IMG/VR virus record: IMGVR_UViG_3300032322_002561 | Location: 172,310 to 236,309 of that record | Length of the DNA: 64,000 nucleotides | Direction: 5' to 3' (one strand) | Shown: piece after piece, positions 1 through 10,117 of the stretch | Layout: each line of letters starts with the position of its first letter | Numbering within the stretch: the first letter of the stretch is position 1 | Program-made: the position numbers and the translations under genes | Notes under the pieces: generated by a model | Seen by the model: the letters and a program-made list of their open reading frames with translations, nothing else | The model's database searches: none | What the model was told of the DNA's origin: nothing

Positions 1-2325
1 TTGAATGTTGCCTGTAGCACTTATTATGCCTGCTGTGCGCAAATTACCACCTTGAATGTTGCCTGTAGCACTGAGTGTGCTGGTCACACCCACGGCCACT
101 GCGGTTACGTTGCTGATCAAACCACCGTCGCCTAGCAAGAACGAAGAAGCCGCTACGTTGCCATTACTGGACACTGTGCCAAATGAATTAATGTTACCGC
201 CAATCACGTTGGCCGAGCTCTGTATTGCGCCCACTGCACTTATGATACCACTGGTGGTGATTGCGCCCGTGCTCACTATGTTTCCACCAATCACGTTGCC
301 CGTGGCACTGACAGTGAGTCCTTGAACCACCACTGCGGCCAAGACATTGCCACCATTGACATTGCCTGTAGCAGTGATCAATCCTGTTGTGCGTATGTTG
401 CCGCCCTGAACGTTGCCGGTGGCAGTAAAGGTGGCTGTTTGCACAACACCAGCTGTGATCAAGTTGGCACCGGTGATATTTCCGCCAGCACTGACTGTGC
501 CGCTGGTGGCAATATTACCACCGGCCACGTTGCCCACGGCACTGACTGCGCCTTGCGCTTCAAGATTACCTACAACCAAGTTACCATAGCTGTTGATGGA
601 AACAATTTCGTTTGTGATAGTGGCCGAAGTCACAGCCAACAGTTTACCTGAAGATGCTTGAAATCCTATAAAGCTACTGCGTTCCTGAGTGTCAAAATAC
701 CAAAGTTGTTCGCCACGGTCCTTGCCATCATTACTGATCAAAGGTGTATTGTTGGCACCGCGGCCAATGCCAATTATGGGATCTTCAATGGCCAAGGTGG
801 ATACATTGGTGTATTCGGCTGTGCCGTTGACAGTGAGATTACCGTTGACCACTGCATCGCCTGTTACAGACATGCTGCCTGGTGTGCTGATGTTGCCGCT
901 GGTCAGAGTGCCAATCACTGTGACAGCATTACTGATTTTGTTGAATGTGAATCCAGCCGTGGCATTTGCATTACCACCATCGTTGAATAGGACCTGAGTG
1001 TTACTACCGCTGACATTTAAGTTACCTGAAATGTTACCAATAACGTTACCAAAGAAAGTTGTGGCTGTGACATTGCCTACAGCAGTGATGTTGGCCGATG
1101 CCAACAAATTGACCCCACGCACATTGGCCGTGGATACCACGTCATTTGTGGAGTTGATGTTGCCACCTGTGACGTTGCCTGTGGCGCTGATTGCGGCAAT
1201 AGTAGTAAAACCAAACACAGCATTGGCACTACCAGCCAGAATTATGTTATTGCCGGAGATGTTTCCAGCAGCACTGACCACACCGCCTGTTATGACATTA
1301 CCACTGGTGATGTTGCCTGACGCACTAATTCTTGCGGCAGTGACCAAAGTTGTTGCGTTGATGTTGTTGGCAGCCACGTTGCCATCCACAAGACCGGCCG
1401 TGATGTTACCGCCAGTGATGTCACCAGTGGTGCTGATACTGGCACCTGTGACCACACCTAGACTTACTAAATTGGCACCAATTACATTGCCACCAGCACT
1501 GACTGTAATGCCCACAGATATATTGTTGCTGGTGATATTTCCTGTGCCGCCCAGACTGTTGGCTACCACTAAACTGTCAAGTGTGCCCACGGTCTGCAAC
1601 GAACTGTTGACCACGTTGGCACTTATTGTGGTACCAGTCAACAGCGCCGCGGCTGTTGTGGCTTGAATACCGGTCAAAAGACTGCCGTTGCCCACAAAAA
1701 AGTTGCCGCTGATGTTGCCTAATGTGCTAATGTTACCAGTGGCTATCAAAGCACCGGTTAGAGTGGCATCTGCACCAAAAATATCGCCTGTAGCACTCAT
1801 AACACCGCCGGTGTTTAGATTCTGGGAAATTAGGTTTCCTGAAGCAGAAATGGTTCCAGCAGTGAGCAAGTTACCGCCAGTGACATTGCCGCCTACAACC
1901 AGCTGCGTGAGTGTGCCCACAGATGTCAGGGTGGAATTCACCACGTTTGCACTCAGCGTGGTTCCTGTGAGTTGTGCCGCATTGGCCTGACTTACCACCC
2001 CAGTCAACAAACTACCATTGCCTATGTAAAATCCACCTGCAGTGATGTTGCCCGTGGCTGAAATTGCAGTGTTAGCTAGAAAAGTGCCTTGGGCAGTAAC
2101 GCCTGTACCAGACACAACCAACACGTTGGCTATGTTGGCCGCACTCATGCTTATGGTGCTGTCTTGTACAATATTGATGTTTGATGTACCATTGGCAATA
2201 CCCGAAATACCACCAATGTTGTAGAGTTCGCTAAAATTATCGTTTGTGATGGTAAACGCGGTTCTTAACGGATCACCAGTGCCATCGTTGGCAGTGTTTC
2301 CAATATCTATAAACTGTTGTGGCAT
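1..2325 (-). CDS. Virion structural / tail-fibre-like protein, C-terminus runs off the window (absent from ORF track)
   Basis: ATG at 2325 gives MPQQFIDIGNTANDGTGDPLRTAF, an ANDGTGD-LR-AF N-terminus typical of T4-like baseplate/fibre proteins; many SATGNI.GGN repeats, still in frame at position 1; TAAATA box at 2346-2351. Confidence 0.85.
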   Translation of the reverse strand, partial: MPQQFIDIGNTANDGTGDPLRTAFTITNDNFSELYNIGGISGIANGTSNINIVQDSTISMSAANIANVLVVSGTGVTAQGTFLANTAISATGNITAGGFYIGNGSLLTGVVSQANAAQLTGTTLSANVVNSTLTSVGTLTQLVVGGNVTGGNLLTAGTISASGNLISQNLNTGGVMSATGDIFGADATLTGALIATGNISTLGNISGNFFVGNGSLLTGIQATTAAALLTGTTISANVVNSSLQTVGTLDSLVVANSLGGTGNITSNNISVGITVSAGGNVIGANLVSLGVVTGASISTTGDITGGNITAGLVDGNVAANNINATTLVTAARISASGNITSGNVITGGVVSAAGNISGNNIILAGSANAVFGFTTIAAISATGNVTGGNINSTNDVVSTANVRGVNLLASANITAVGNVTATTFFGNVIGNISGNLNVSGSNTQVLFNDGGNANATAGFTFNKISNAVTVIGTLTSGNISTPGSMSVTGDAVVNGNLTVNGTAEYTNVSTLAIEDPIIGIGRGANNTPLISNDGKDRGEQLWYFDTQERSSFIGFQASSGKLLAVTSATITNEIVSINSYGNLVVGNLEAQGAVSAVGNVAGGNIATSGTVSAGGNITGANLITAGVVQTATFTATGNVQGGNIRTTGLITATGNVNGGNVLAAVVVQGLTVSATGNVIGGNIVSTGAITTSGIISAVGAIQSSANVIGGNINSFGTVSSNGNVAASSFLLGDGGLISNVTAVAVGVTSTLSATGNIQGGNLRTAGIISATGNIQ

Positions 2326-2395
2326 AAAATCCTGTCCTTGTATGCTATTTACCAAAACTTAGTAGACCGCTAAATACACAAGTTCGGAGCAATCA

Positions 2396-4426
2396 ATGTC
2401 ATATATCATTAATAACAGTCGGGGTCAGGTTGTAGCTGTCGTTGCAGACGGCACTATCAATACTTCTGCCACCAGTTTGGCACTTGTGGGACGTGCTGTC
2501 AGCGGTTATGGCACCAGTGAAAATGAAAATTACTTGTTTTTGTTGGAGAATTTTGCCAATTCCACCGAGCCCAACAACCCAATTCTAGGACAACTATGGT
2601 ACAATTCCAGTACCGATATTCTAAGCGTGTATGCCAGTGATAACAACTGGGCGGCTTTGGCCAGTGAACAGTACGTGGAAGATTCCAAAATTTCGCCAAT
2701 ATTTACAGGCATACCCGAAGCACCCACAGCGGCCCCTGGCACTGCTACAACACAGATTGCAACCACGGCTTTTGTGACCTCAAGTCCGCAATTTTTGGGA
2801 GTGCCACGAGCACCCACTGCCGTGGCCGGTACTGCTAACACACAAATAGCCACCACAGCCTTTGTCACAAACAGCCCACAACTGGCAGGCACACCCACAG
2901 CACCCACAGCGGTTCCCGGAACCAATACCGCACAGATAGCCACCACAGCGTTTGTGACATCGGGTCCAGATTTTGCTGGCTCGCCCACAGCACCCACACT
3001 GCCCACGGTAACCAACAGCACGCAGTTGGCCACTACAGCATTTGTGCAGAACAACAAAGTGAGTCCGGCCTTGTCGGGCACACCCACAGCACCCACCGCC
3101 TCAGCAGGTACAAATACCACACAGATAGCCACCACGGCCTTTGTGCAAGGTGAAAAAGTCAGTCCAGCCTTTTCTGGCACACCCACAGCACCCACAGCGG
3201 CTCCTGGAACCAATACCACACAGATAGCCACCACAGCTTTTGTGCAAGATGTGGCAGGAAACTTGGGCACCATGAGCACTCAGAATGCCAGTTCGGTCAA
3301 CATCACTGGAGGCACCATTTCTGGCATCACACCTTTGCCTGTGTCGTCGGGCGGTACCGGTGCAAGTAACCCGGCTGGTGCACGAAGCAACCTGGATCTT
3401 GGTACCATATCACAACAAAATGCCAACGCGGTGTCCATTTCAGGCGGGGAAATTACAGGTATTGTGGATCTATCTGTGGCCGATGGTGGAACTGGTGCCA
3501 GCACAGCCGCTGGCGCACGTACCAATCTTGGGGTTGGAACGTTAGGCACACAAAATTTCAACAATGTAAACATCACTGGCGGAACAATTACAGGTATTTC
3601 GCCCTTGCCGTTATCTGCAGGCGGCACAGGCGCACCCAATGCCGCACAGGCCAGAACCAATCTTGGACTGGGCGACTTGGCCACCCAATCTGCCAATAAT
3701 GTATCAATTTCTGGTGGAGTCATAGAAGGAGTAAATTTACAAAATCTTGCTGGTCCTTTAGACATCATCTGCGGCGGTACAGGTGCAATCAACGTGGTGC
3801 AGGCTCGCCTTAATTTAGGTCTTGATTCAATGTCCTTGCAGGCCAGCAACGCCGTCAACATCACCGGTGGTAACATCAGCGGTATCAATCCCTTGCCCAT
3901 TTTGTCAGGTGGCACTGGAGCTTCAACAGTGGTGCAAGCACGTACTAATCTAGGTCTTGGCAGCATGGCCTTGCAAAACAGTAGCAACGTCAGCATTGGT
4001 GGCGGATTTATCAACACCTTGAGTGCGCCTTTGAACATTGCAGATGGTGGTACTGGAGCCACCACAGCTGAGCAGGCTAGAAACAATCTTGGACTAGGTA
4101 CAGGCGCCACCGCCAATATTGGTACCATGGCTGGTCAAAATCAAAATGCAGTAACAATAACCGGCGGAACCATTGCTGGCATCACAGATCTTGCTGTGGC
4201 CGATGGCGGCACAGGTGCTTCTAGTGCTTCACAAGCAAGAATCAATTTGGGAGTACCGTCAACTGGTATTACAATATCGGCTGGCGCAGGTTTGTCGGGC
4301 GGTGGAGACCTAAGTGCCAACCGCACCTTAAGCATTGCATCAAACAGCAACGGATTTGGTGTTAGATACATTTCACCAGCATCGCCCACGGGTGGTAACA
4401 ACGGCGATATCTGGTATCAGATTTAA
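2396..4426 (+). CDS. Tail fibre-like protein with two tandem repeat families
   Basis: About 7x PTAPT...GTN.TQIATTAFV, then about 7x GGTGA....AR.NLGLG; C-terminal P.GGNNGDIWYQ; TAAATA at 2371-2376. Confidence 0.85.
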   Translation: MSYIINNSRGQVVAVVADGTINTSATSLALVGRAVSGYGTSENENYLFLLENFANSTEPNNPILGQLWYNSSTDILSVYASDNNWAALASEQYVEDSKISPIFTGIPEAPTAAPGTATTQIATTAFVTSSPQFLGVPRAPTAVAGTANTQIATTAFVTNSPQLAGTPTAPTAVPGTNTAQIATTAFVTSGPDFAGSPTAPTLPTVTNSTQLATTAFVQNNKVSPALSGTPTAPTASAGTNTTQIATTAFVQGEKVSPAFSGTPTAPTAAPGTNTTQIATTAFVQDVAGNLGTMSTQNASSVNITGGTISGITPLPVSSGGTGASNPAGARSNLDLGTISQQNANAVSISGGEITGIVDLSVADGGTGASTAAGARTNLGVGTLGTQNFNNVNITGGTITGISPLPLSAGGTGAPNAAQARTNLGLGDLATQSANNVSISGGVIEGVNLQNLAGPLDIICGGTGAINVVQARLNLGLDSMSLQASNAVNITGGNISGINPLPILSGGTGASTVVQARTNLGLGSMALQNSSNVSIGGGFINTLSAPLNIADGGTGATTAEQARNNLGLGTGATANIGTMAGQNQNAVTITGGTIAGITDLAVADGGTGASSASQARINLGVPSTGITISAGAGLSGGGDLSANRTLSIASNSNGFGVRYISPASPTGGNNGDIWYQI

Positions 4427-4435
4427 AGACACTAG

Positions 4436-5782
4436 ATGGCACAGACAATTATCAGAGCTCTAGGATATGTAGGAGCTAGACAAGTTTTTACTTGGCCTAG
4501 CAGTGCCAGTTTCAACAATTCAATCACAGCCTATCTGTGGGGTGGAGGTGGGGGTGGTGGCGGTTATGATGCTGGCAATTCGGGTGGTTCAGGCAGCGGT
4601 GGTGGTTACAGCCAAGTTACATTTAGTGCCAGCCCTGGCGATGTAATAGAAGTCAGCGTGGGTGGCCCAGGCACGGGTGGTGCCAGCAGTAGAAGCGGAG
4701 CTCCTGGCGGTAGTCCTGGCTTGAGCCTGGTCTTAGCAGGCACTGTGTTTACCACTCTAGACATAGCTGGAGTATTTAGAGTCACCAACGGAGCATATTG
4801 CACGTTCTTGAACAATTTTGGAGTCTGGAACGAGCCCGGTGGCGGCAGTGCCAGTTTTGGTCGCGACATTACTGTAAACTTCCCCAGTTCAGGTTTTTAC
4901 ACATTTGAGTTTTCAGTAGACAATGCAGGTCAAGTTTATCTCGACGGCGCTACAATTTTCAATCTCCAGGGCGAGTACAATTATGGTAACTCTGTTACTA
5001 CAAGAGTGTTTGTTGCTGCCGGTAATCGCTTGTTGCAACTGCGTGGACAAAATTTTCATGGACCGGGCAGTTTTGGCCTGACCATTGCGGGCGGATTGGC
5101 CTTCAGTGGCGGTCGTGGAGGCAATGCGGGTGGTTCGGGCAGTTCTGGCGGAGGTGGCGGAGGTGGCGGTGCCACAGTGTTGAGGAAAAATGGCACAGTG
5201 TTGGCCGTGGCCGGCGGTGGAGGTGGTGGAGGTGGTGCAGGTATCACATCGGGCACTGAGCCTGGAAACGCACCTGGACCATCAGGACAAACCACACCCG
5301 GTATTTCAAACGGCAGTGATGGTGGCGACCGCGGTGGTGATGGCGGAGGTGGCGGAGGTGGCGGAGGTGGCAATGCCGGCGGTAACGGCGGACCACAGGC
5401 TCCCTATGATACCTGGGGCTATGCGGGTTTTTATGGTGGTAATTTAGGAAACCGCAGCGCCAATCCACAAGGAACCACTGCTGGTTTCACAACCAGTCCA
5501 TATTATCCTGGCGGCGTTGGTAGAGGTGGCGGTCCCACAGCATCTGGGACTCCTGGCTATGCAGTGTTAGAATTTGAAATAACCGGAAGTTTTGTTAGGA
5601 ATGGTGGAATATGGAATCCAATACAACAAACCTGGGTCAAACAAGATGACATATGGCAACCCGTGCAAGGAGTCTATGTCAAGTCAGGTGGGGAATGGCA
5701 ACCTGTGGACGGCACCTTGGCTCCAAATTTCTCAGTGACAGGTGGTTCTTTTGGATACAGTTCTAGACCACAGGGTGGTTAG
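4436..5782 (+). CDS. Glycine-rich virion protein with possible PA14-like beta domain
   Basis: Poly-G tracts ([18 protein letters not shown]); [17 protein letters not shown] is PA14-like; C-terminal W.P....VK..G.W repeats; follows the fibre gene. Confidence 0.7.
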   Translation: MAQTIIRALGYVGARQVFTWPSSASFNNSITAYLWGGGGGGGGYDAGNSGGSGSGGGYSQVTFSASPGDVIEVSVGGPGTGGASSRSGAPGGSPGLSLVLAGTVFTTLDIAGVFRVTNGAYCTFLNNFGVWNEPGGGSASFGRDITVNFPSSGFYTFEFSVDNAGQVYLDGATIFNLQGEYNYGNSVTTRVFVAAGNRLLQLRGQNFHGPGSFGLTIAGGLAFSGGRGGNAGGSGSSGGGGGGGGATVLRKNGTVLAVAGGGGGGGGAGITSGTEPGNAPGPSGQTTPGISNGSDGGDRGGDGGGGGGGGGGNAGGNGGPQAPYDTWGYAGFYGGNLGNRSANPQGTTAGFTTSPYYPGGVGRGGGPTASGTPGYAVLEFEITGSFVRNGGIWNPIQQTWVKQDDIWQPVQGVYVKSGGEWQPVDGTLAPNFSVTGGSFGYSSRPQGG

Positions 5783-6102
5783 ACACTGAAACTGCTTCCG
5801 CATCCGCATGTGGTTGTGGCTTGAGGATTTTTTATACTGAAAGCGGCACCGTATTGATCTTCTTTATAATCAATTTCAGCACCTTGCAAATACTGGCTGC
5901 TCATGCCGTCAACTAGGACATTTACTCCGCCTACGTCTAGATCAAAGTCGTCTTCGTTAGTGATTTCGTCTAGAGTAAAGCCATACTGAAATCCTGAGCA
6001 ACCACCACCTTGTACAAACACACGCAATTTCAAAGCAGGATTTTGTTCTTCGGCCAAGATGTCTCGCAGTTTGGCCACTGCTGATTCACTTACTGTTATC
6101 AT
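5779..6102 (-). CDS. erpA: Fe-S cluster insertion protein ErpA/IscA (HesB family)
   Basis: [17 protein letters not shown] and TCGCGSSF motifs; ATGA overlap with sod stop. Confidence 0.95.
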   Translation of the reverse strand: MITVSESAVAKLRDILAEEQNPALKLRVFVQGGGCSGFQYGFTLDEITNEDDFDLDVGGVNVLVDGMSSQYLQGAEIDYKEDQYGAAFSIKNPQATTTCGCGSSFSV

Positions 6103-6653
6103 AATCTTTCGTTGCAAACATTCCAGTCAATAATTTTCCAGATGTTATCGAGATATTTTTCTTTGTCTGATTGATAATCCAGGGCCCAGGCATGTTCCCA
6201 CCAGTCCACTAACACACATATATCTGTTCTTACCGCATGGTTGGCTATGGTTTTGATGGTACCAGCAGTGCTCAAGTAAACCCACCCAGAACCTTGGATC
6301 TTCATTGCTTCTGTTTTAAACGCTTCCTTGAAATCTTCCCAGGTTTTGAAGTTGCTTTCAATGAGTTCTAGCACAGCACCTCGAGGACGATTGGCACCTC
6401 GCGGTGGTTGCAGTTGTGGAAAAAACTTGTTGTGTAAAAAACTGCCAGCACGATTGAAGTTTGCGTTGCCTTCGCCAGCATTGTATCTTTTTGCATAGCC
6501 CCGAGCCAGGTGTTCATAGTGATAGTCTATGGTTTCCTTGCTCATCACAGGATGCAAGTCACCAGGACCATAGGGCAAGGGCGTGGTTTCCAACTTGGCT
6601 GGACGTGTGCTGGCTTCTAATAGTTCTAGATCTTTGCGGATGTCGTGTTGCAT
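6099..6653 (-). CDS. sodB: Fe/Mn superoxide dismutase with N-terminal extension
   Basis: LPY...L.P.MS.ETI.YHY, H..FF, GSGW, DWWEHAW..DY. Confidence 0.92.
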   Translation of the reverse strand: MQHDIRKDLELLEASTRPAKLETTPLPYGPGDLHPVMSKETIDYHYEHLARGYAKRYNAGEGNANFNRAGSFLHNKFFPQLQPPRGANRPRGAVLELIESNFKTWEDFKEAFKTEAMKIQGSGWVYLSTAGTIKTIANHAVRTDICVLVDWWEHAWALDYQSDKEKYLDNIWKIIDWNVCNERL

Positions 6654-6661
6654 CTTGATAT

Positions 6662-6880
6662 TTACCTACGGCGTGTGACCCTGCCACGGGTGAGATCATA
6701 TGGACTGAATTCTATTTCAACGCGATCTCCCAGGAGTATTTTGATGTTGTGCTGTCGCATCTTGCCAGAAATCACACCAGTTACCAAGGTATCACTCACA
6801 TCTAATTTGATTCTAAACATGGCATTGGGCAAAACATCTACCACAGTGCCTTCCATTTTGAAACCTTCTTCTTTGGCCAT
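6662..6880 (-). CDS. infA: Translation initiation factor IF-1
   Basis: MAKEE..MEG.V...[28 protein letters not shown]. Confidence 0.97.
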   Translation of the reverse strand: MAKEEGFKMEGTVVDVLPNAMFRIKLDVSDTLVTGVISGKMRQHNIKILLGDRVEIEFSPYDLTRGRVTRRR

Positions 6881-6883
6881 GTG

Positions 6884-7864
6884 CTAGTTCAACCAGTCGC
6901 CAATGATCTGCATGGTGGTAACATTTGTGGTATCAAACAACACGGATTTTTTGTTGTTGCTGTAGAAGCAGGTAAAGTTGTTGTCCACCCAGGGCATCAA
7001 GAGTTCTAGATTGACCGGATCTTTGACATCAAACAACCACAAATACAAGTCGGTTCGTTTGACCGGGCTGTCGCTTTTTCTATAGGCGCCCACCAAGCGT
7101 CCGTAGTTCCACTCCCACTCACCAGTTTTTTCTGTCACAACATTGCAATGAAACAGTTCACTGGGCTGTATCAGTTTGGCCACGTCTTCGGTGCAGTGAA
7201 CTTCAAGGCTGATTTTTCCGTAGTTTTTGATATTCTTTTGCCAGAAATTATGCACAGTTACACCAGCATTGATGTGTGGCAAGGCCTGATCTTGTTTGTC
7301 GTAAATGGTGTGTCTGATCACACTGCGACAAAATTTTGGCAGGCTTTGTTCACGTTCTTCCAGACTGATTTCATAGTCAAGATTAGTGAGATGAAACATG
7401 GCGTCAAATTCTTGTGTGCTGGAAATACGTTGACACGAATGCAACAAAGGCATGCTGTGTCCCTTGGGTACCAACAACACCAGACTACCAAGAGCCAGAC
7501 CACTGCAGGCAAGAGCCGCAAATCTGGTTGCACCTGCACCAAGCTCAAGTTCACCTGCCGAGTTCAAGGTAGCAAACAAAGGCAACAGAAACTCTTCGTG
7601 TTGGCGTGTCTGACAGAGATGTTGAACAAAACCCAGATGTTTGTAGTCGGTATTCATGTAGGCCTGTTTTATGGCCTGGATTGTTTGATTGCGCCAGCGC
7701 AGATTCAAGTCATGATCAAGATGCCGACACACATAGAGATCACCCAGTGTCAGACAGTATTCAACCCAACCAAACTGTGCGCCATCAACTTCGGTGCTGA
7801 GAGTCTTGCCTTCTTGACTGTCAGAACGATAGCTGATTTTGGTTTTTATGCTAGTATTATTCAT
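6884..7864 (-). CDS. Hypothetical protein (326 aa)
   Basis: Long ORF packed between neighbours on the same strand; no motif recognised. Confidence 0.7.
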   Translation of the reverse strand: MNNTSIKTKISYRSDSQEGKTLSTEVDGAQFGWVEYCLTLGDLYVCRHLDHDLNLRWRNQTIQAIKQAYMNTDYKHLGFVQHLCQTRQHEEFLLPLFATLNSAGELELGAGATRFAALACSGLALGSLVLLVPKGHSMPLLHSCQRISSTQEFDAMFHLTNLDYEISLEEREQSLPKFCRSVIRHTIYDKQDQALPHINAGVTVHNFWQKNIKNYGKISLEVHCTEDVAKLIQPSELFHCNVVTEKTGEWEWNYGRLVGAYRKSDSPVKRTDLYLWLFDVKDPVNLELLMPWVDNNFTCFYSNNKKSVLFDTTNVTTMQIIGDWLN

Positions 7865-7868
7865 GTTG

Positions 7869-8396
7869 TTATTTAATCAGTCTCCAGCCTAGGTCTGCAA
7901 CAGTTTGCCATAGCAGGGTGTCATTTTTAACATCTACAGGTTCAAGCCCAGTTAAATCCTGTTTGAGCACACAGTCACAGTTTATGTAAAACTCTTCCGT
8001 GGTGCGTTGGCGCACAATATTGGTCAAACCCATGGGCCTGGTATGCAAACACATTTGCCAACTCAAGCCCACCACTAACCAATGCTGTATATTCCAGACC
8101 TTGTTGTATTCAAAAAAACGCACAGGATCAGTCACATCAGCAATCAAGCACTGGCGTGCCACCAAGTGGTCACGCAGAACCGGACTGAGTGGGCCAAAAT
8201 CATACATGGCACTACCATAGCATGCGCTTACAGCTATGTCAAACTTGAATTTTTCCAGCACCGGCAACATGTTACGACAGAATCTATCTAGATGGGGATT
8301 GTAATCATTTGAGGGCCAACAGTCAATCATGATTAGTCCGCGTATGTCAGGACAGGGTTCTTGATATTGTTGTAGTAGACTGGGAAGTGTAAGCAT
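7869..8396 (-). CDS. Cysteine hydrolase (isochorismatase-like) fold protein, putative
   Basis: GLIMIDCW (catalytic-Asp strand) and LVVGLSWQMCL (catalytic-Cys loop) resemble the family signature. Confidence 0.5.
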   Translation of the reverse strand: MLTLPSLLQQYQEPCPDIRGLIMIDCWPSNDYNPHLDRFCRNMLPVLEKFKFDIAVSACYGSAMYDFGPLSPVLRDHLVARQCLIADVTDPVRFFEYNKVWNIQHWLVVGLSWQMCLHTRPMGLTNIVRQRTTEEFYINCDCVLKQDLTGLEPVDVKNDTLLWQTVADLGWRLIK

Positions 8397-8794
8397 TAGC
8401 GACGCATTTTACTTATATCGCGAGCCTCATCATCGGTAAAAATTGGCACAGCATTGGACTTGTGCATGGTACCAATGCCCTTGATCTTGGTGCCTGTATA
8501 GGCTTGATCGGTGTGTTTTACACAGGCCACCCAGCCGGTGTCGCGACTCTCAATGTGCGGAGTTTCACGACCTGGAGGAGGTGTCAGTTTAACTGAAAGT
8601 GTACCCCGGGGCTTGGGCGGTGGTGCCGGGGTACGGCTGAATCGTGGCGCCATCTTTTTGAAGTTGCCCAGGCGTTGTTCCCATTCTTCTTGTAACAGTT
8701 CTGCACGTCGTTTGGCTTCAGCACTGGCCCATTTGCGTGGCCCACGCTTCTTACCAGTGGTGCTTAACCAGGGACCTTCAAGATGCATAGTCAT
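8396..8794 (-). CDS. Conserved phage hypothetical protein
   Basis: Basic protein with C-terminal YTGT.IKGIGTMHKSNAVP motif familiar from large phages; own promoter and SD. Confidence 0.75.
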   Translation of the reverse strand: MTMHLEGPWLSTTGKKRGPRKWASAEAKRRAELLQEEWEQRLGNFKKMAPRFSRTPAPPPKPRGTLSVKLTPPPGRETPHIESRDTGWVACVKHTDQAYTGTKIKGIGTMHKSNAVPIFTDDEARDISKMRR

Positions 8795-8822
8795 AAAAAG
8801 ACTCCTATTTCACTATACTAGT

Positions 8823-8851
8823 ATTATAACACGATAGGAGTTTTTGGTCAA
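8823..8851 (-). promoter_or_regulatory. sigma70-type early promoter
   Basis: TTGACC-N17-TATAAT. Confidence 0.8.
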
Positions 8852-8855
8852 CCGT

Positions 8856-9170
8856 TTATTTGAACAGGATCATGGCCATGATAACCGCCTGGGTTATAAA
8901 GCCCAAGCCAATGGTTATGATGTTCAGCATGTCACGCTGGACTACTGCACGGAAGAACAACAAGATCAGGCCGGCCCACATGAACAACACAATGTCTAGA
9001 TTTGGAACAGTGTCCGAAAGTCCTGTGAGCAAGGCCAGTAGTGTGGGTATGGTGGCACAGTGTATGACCACTACTGCCAACCAGCCCAGAGTTTCAGCAC
9101 TTACTTTGGGCAAGTGTTGTTCTAACCAGGTTCTTGAAGAATTCAACCAAGCGTCTAATTTGATTATCAT
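8856..9170 (-). CDS. Small integral membrane protein (about 3 TM)
   Basis: Three hydrophobic stretches; directly downstream of the cell-wall hydrolase. Confidence 0.75.
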   Translation of the reverse strand: MIIKLDAWLNSSRTWLEQHLPKVSAETLGWLAVVVIHCATIPTLLALLTGLSDTVPNLDIVLFMWAGLILLFFRAVVQRDMLNIITIGLGFITQAVIMAMILFK

Positions 9171-9172
9171 GT

Positions 9173-9733
9173 TTAGATTTTTTCCGCATAAAAAATGTGT
9201 CTCCCAAATTTACCTACCACGGGTTTGCCCCATTGTGGTTTCACATAGTCTGCATGAAAATAAAGTGCGTTTTTCATGCTGGGCAGTCTGAAACCTTCTA
9301 GTAGGACCTTTTTCGCTACTTCTTCTGCTTCTTTCCAGTGTGCTGGATATATGGGTCGGATCTTGCTGGATCCATCACAGAACCAGGAAAACTGACATAC
9401 TACCTTGTCATACACAATGTTCTTTTGATAAACCACACCGCAGATGTCTCGGGCAAAACGTCCCGACTCCACACGGTTGATGGTGACCTGTGCCACAGCG
9501 ACCTTGCCTTCAAAGGGCTCGGTTGCGGCTTCCCAGTAGATGTTGCGTGTCAAGCAATCCAACTGCTTGGCTCGATCAGCGGCACTGACAAAGCCTTGAC
9601 GTGCCGCTTCGTTGGTGGCACGCAGAGTTTCTAATTTTGTGTCGGTGACAAACAGCACTGCCACGACCACGGCCATGAAACTGATGGCCTTTACTACTAT
9701 ACTGCCTAGATTGGACTTTGAAGTTGCCTTCAT
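9173..9733 (-). CDS. Cell wall hydrolase, SleB/Hydrolase_2 family, N-terminal TM anchor
   Basis: CL..NIYWEA..E...GK.AVAQV..NRV, ICGVVYQ, CQFSW, ALYFHADYV.P.W, G.HIFY. Confidence 0.93.
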   Translation of the reverse strand: MKATSKSNLGSIVVKAISFMAVVVAVLFVTDTKLETLRATNEAARQGFVSAADRAKQLDCLTRNIYWEAATEPFEGKVAVAQVTINRVESGRFARDICGVVYQKNIVYDKVVCQFSWFCDGSSKIRPIYPAHWKEAEEVAKKVLLEGFRLPSMKNALYFHADYVKPQWGKPVVGKFGRHIFYAEKI

Positions 9734-9744
9734 AGTTTTCTCCC

Positions 9745-10013
9745 GTCAGCTTAGTGAGCTGTTCACCGGAGTGCCCAGGATGGGCGCATTGACAAAGATT
9801 TGGGCAAAAGAAAAGACCTCGGGCCTCCTTTGGCATACTCTCCGAGCGCGGCTTTGTTTCTCACCGGGCCTGTACCATTTGTCAATGAAGAGGATTTCCG
9901 AAGTCCTCTTTGATCAGCTTTGCGGCACTGACCGATCCGTTGTGGAGTAGAAGTTGGGTGTAATCCTCCGCTGATCGATTCTACGACAGCCTGAACTGGT
10001 GTTCTACTCCATA
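9745..10013 (-). ncRNA. Candidate structured RNA leader upstream of the cell-wall hydrolase
   Basis: Six or more inverted repeats: 9943-9952/10002-10011, 9911-9933, 9888-9910, 9787-9796/9878-9887, 9771-9787, 9754-9766. Confidence 0.55.
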
Positions 10014-10088
10014 AAATACTTAGTAACTGATCAATATCAGAAACAAATAAAGTCATTTTTTTAACACTTTTTACCATAATATACACAT

Positions 10089-10117
10089 ATTATAGCACGA
10101 CTAAGTTTTAAAGTCAA
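10089..10117 (-). promoter_or_regulatory. sigma70-type promoter
   Basis: TTGACT-N17-TATAAT. Confidence 0.7.

Noticed and set aside
56-2224. Seven + strand ORFs (MLPP/VALT-rich)
   Set aside because: Antisense shadows of the repetitive minus-strand structural gene 1..2325
2680-4260. CRISPR array or DGR template/variable repeats
   Set aside because: Repeats are in-frame coding units with synonymous variation; no unique spacers, adenine-specific pattern, cas or RT genes
2499-5468. Minus-strand and alternative-frame ORFs including poly-Pro 5056..5373
   Set aside because: Shadows of the Gly/Thr-rich fibre genes
9740-9760. CCCGTCAGCT resembling the 3' end of the c-di-AMP (ydaO) riboswitch near a wall hydrolase
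   Set aside because: Wrong strand relative to the hydrolase; other conserved ydaO segments not found
9576-10086. ORFs 9576..9836, 9612..9950 and 9763..10086
   Set aside because: No motifs or SD; they overlap the hydrolase or the structured leader, which is better explained as RNA
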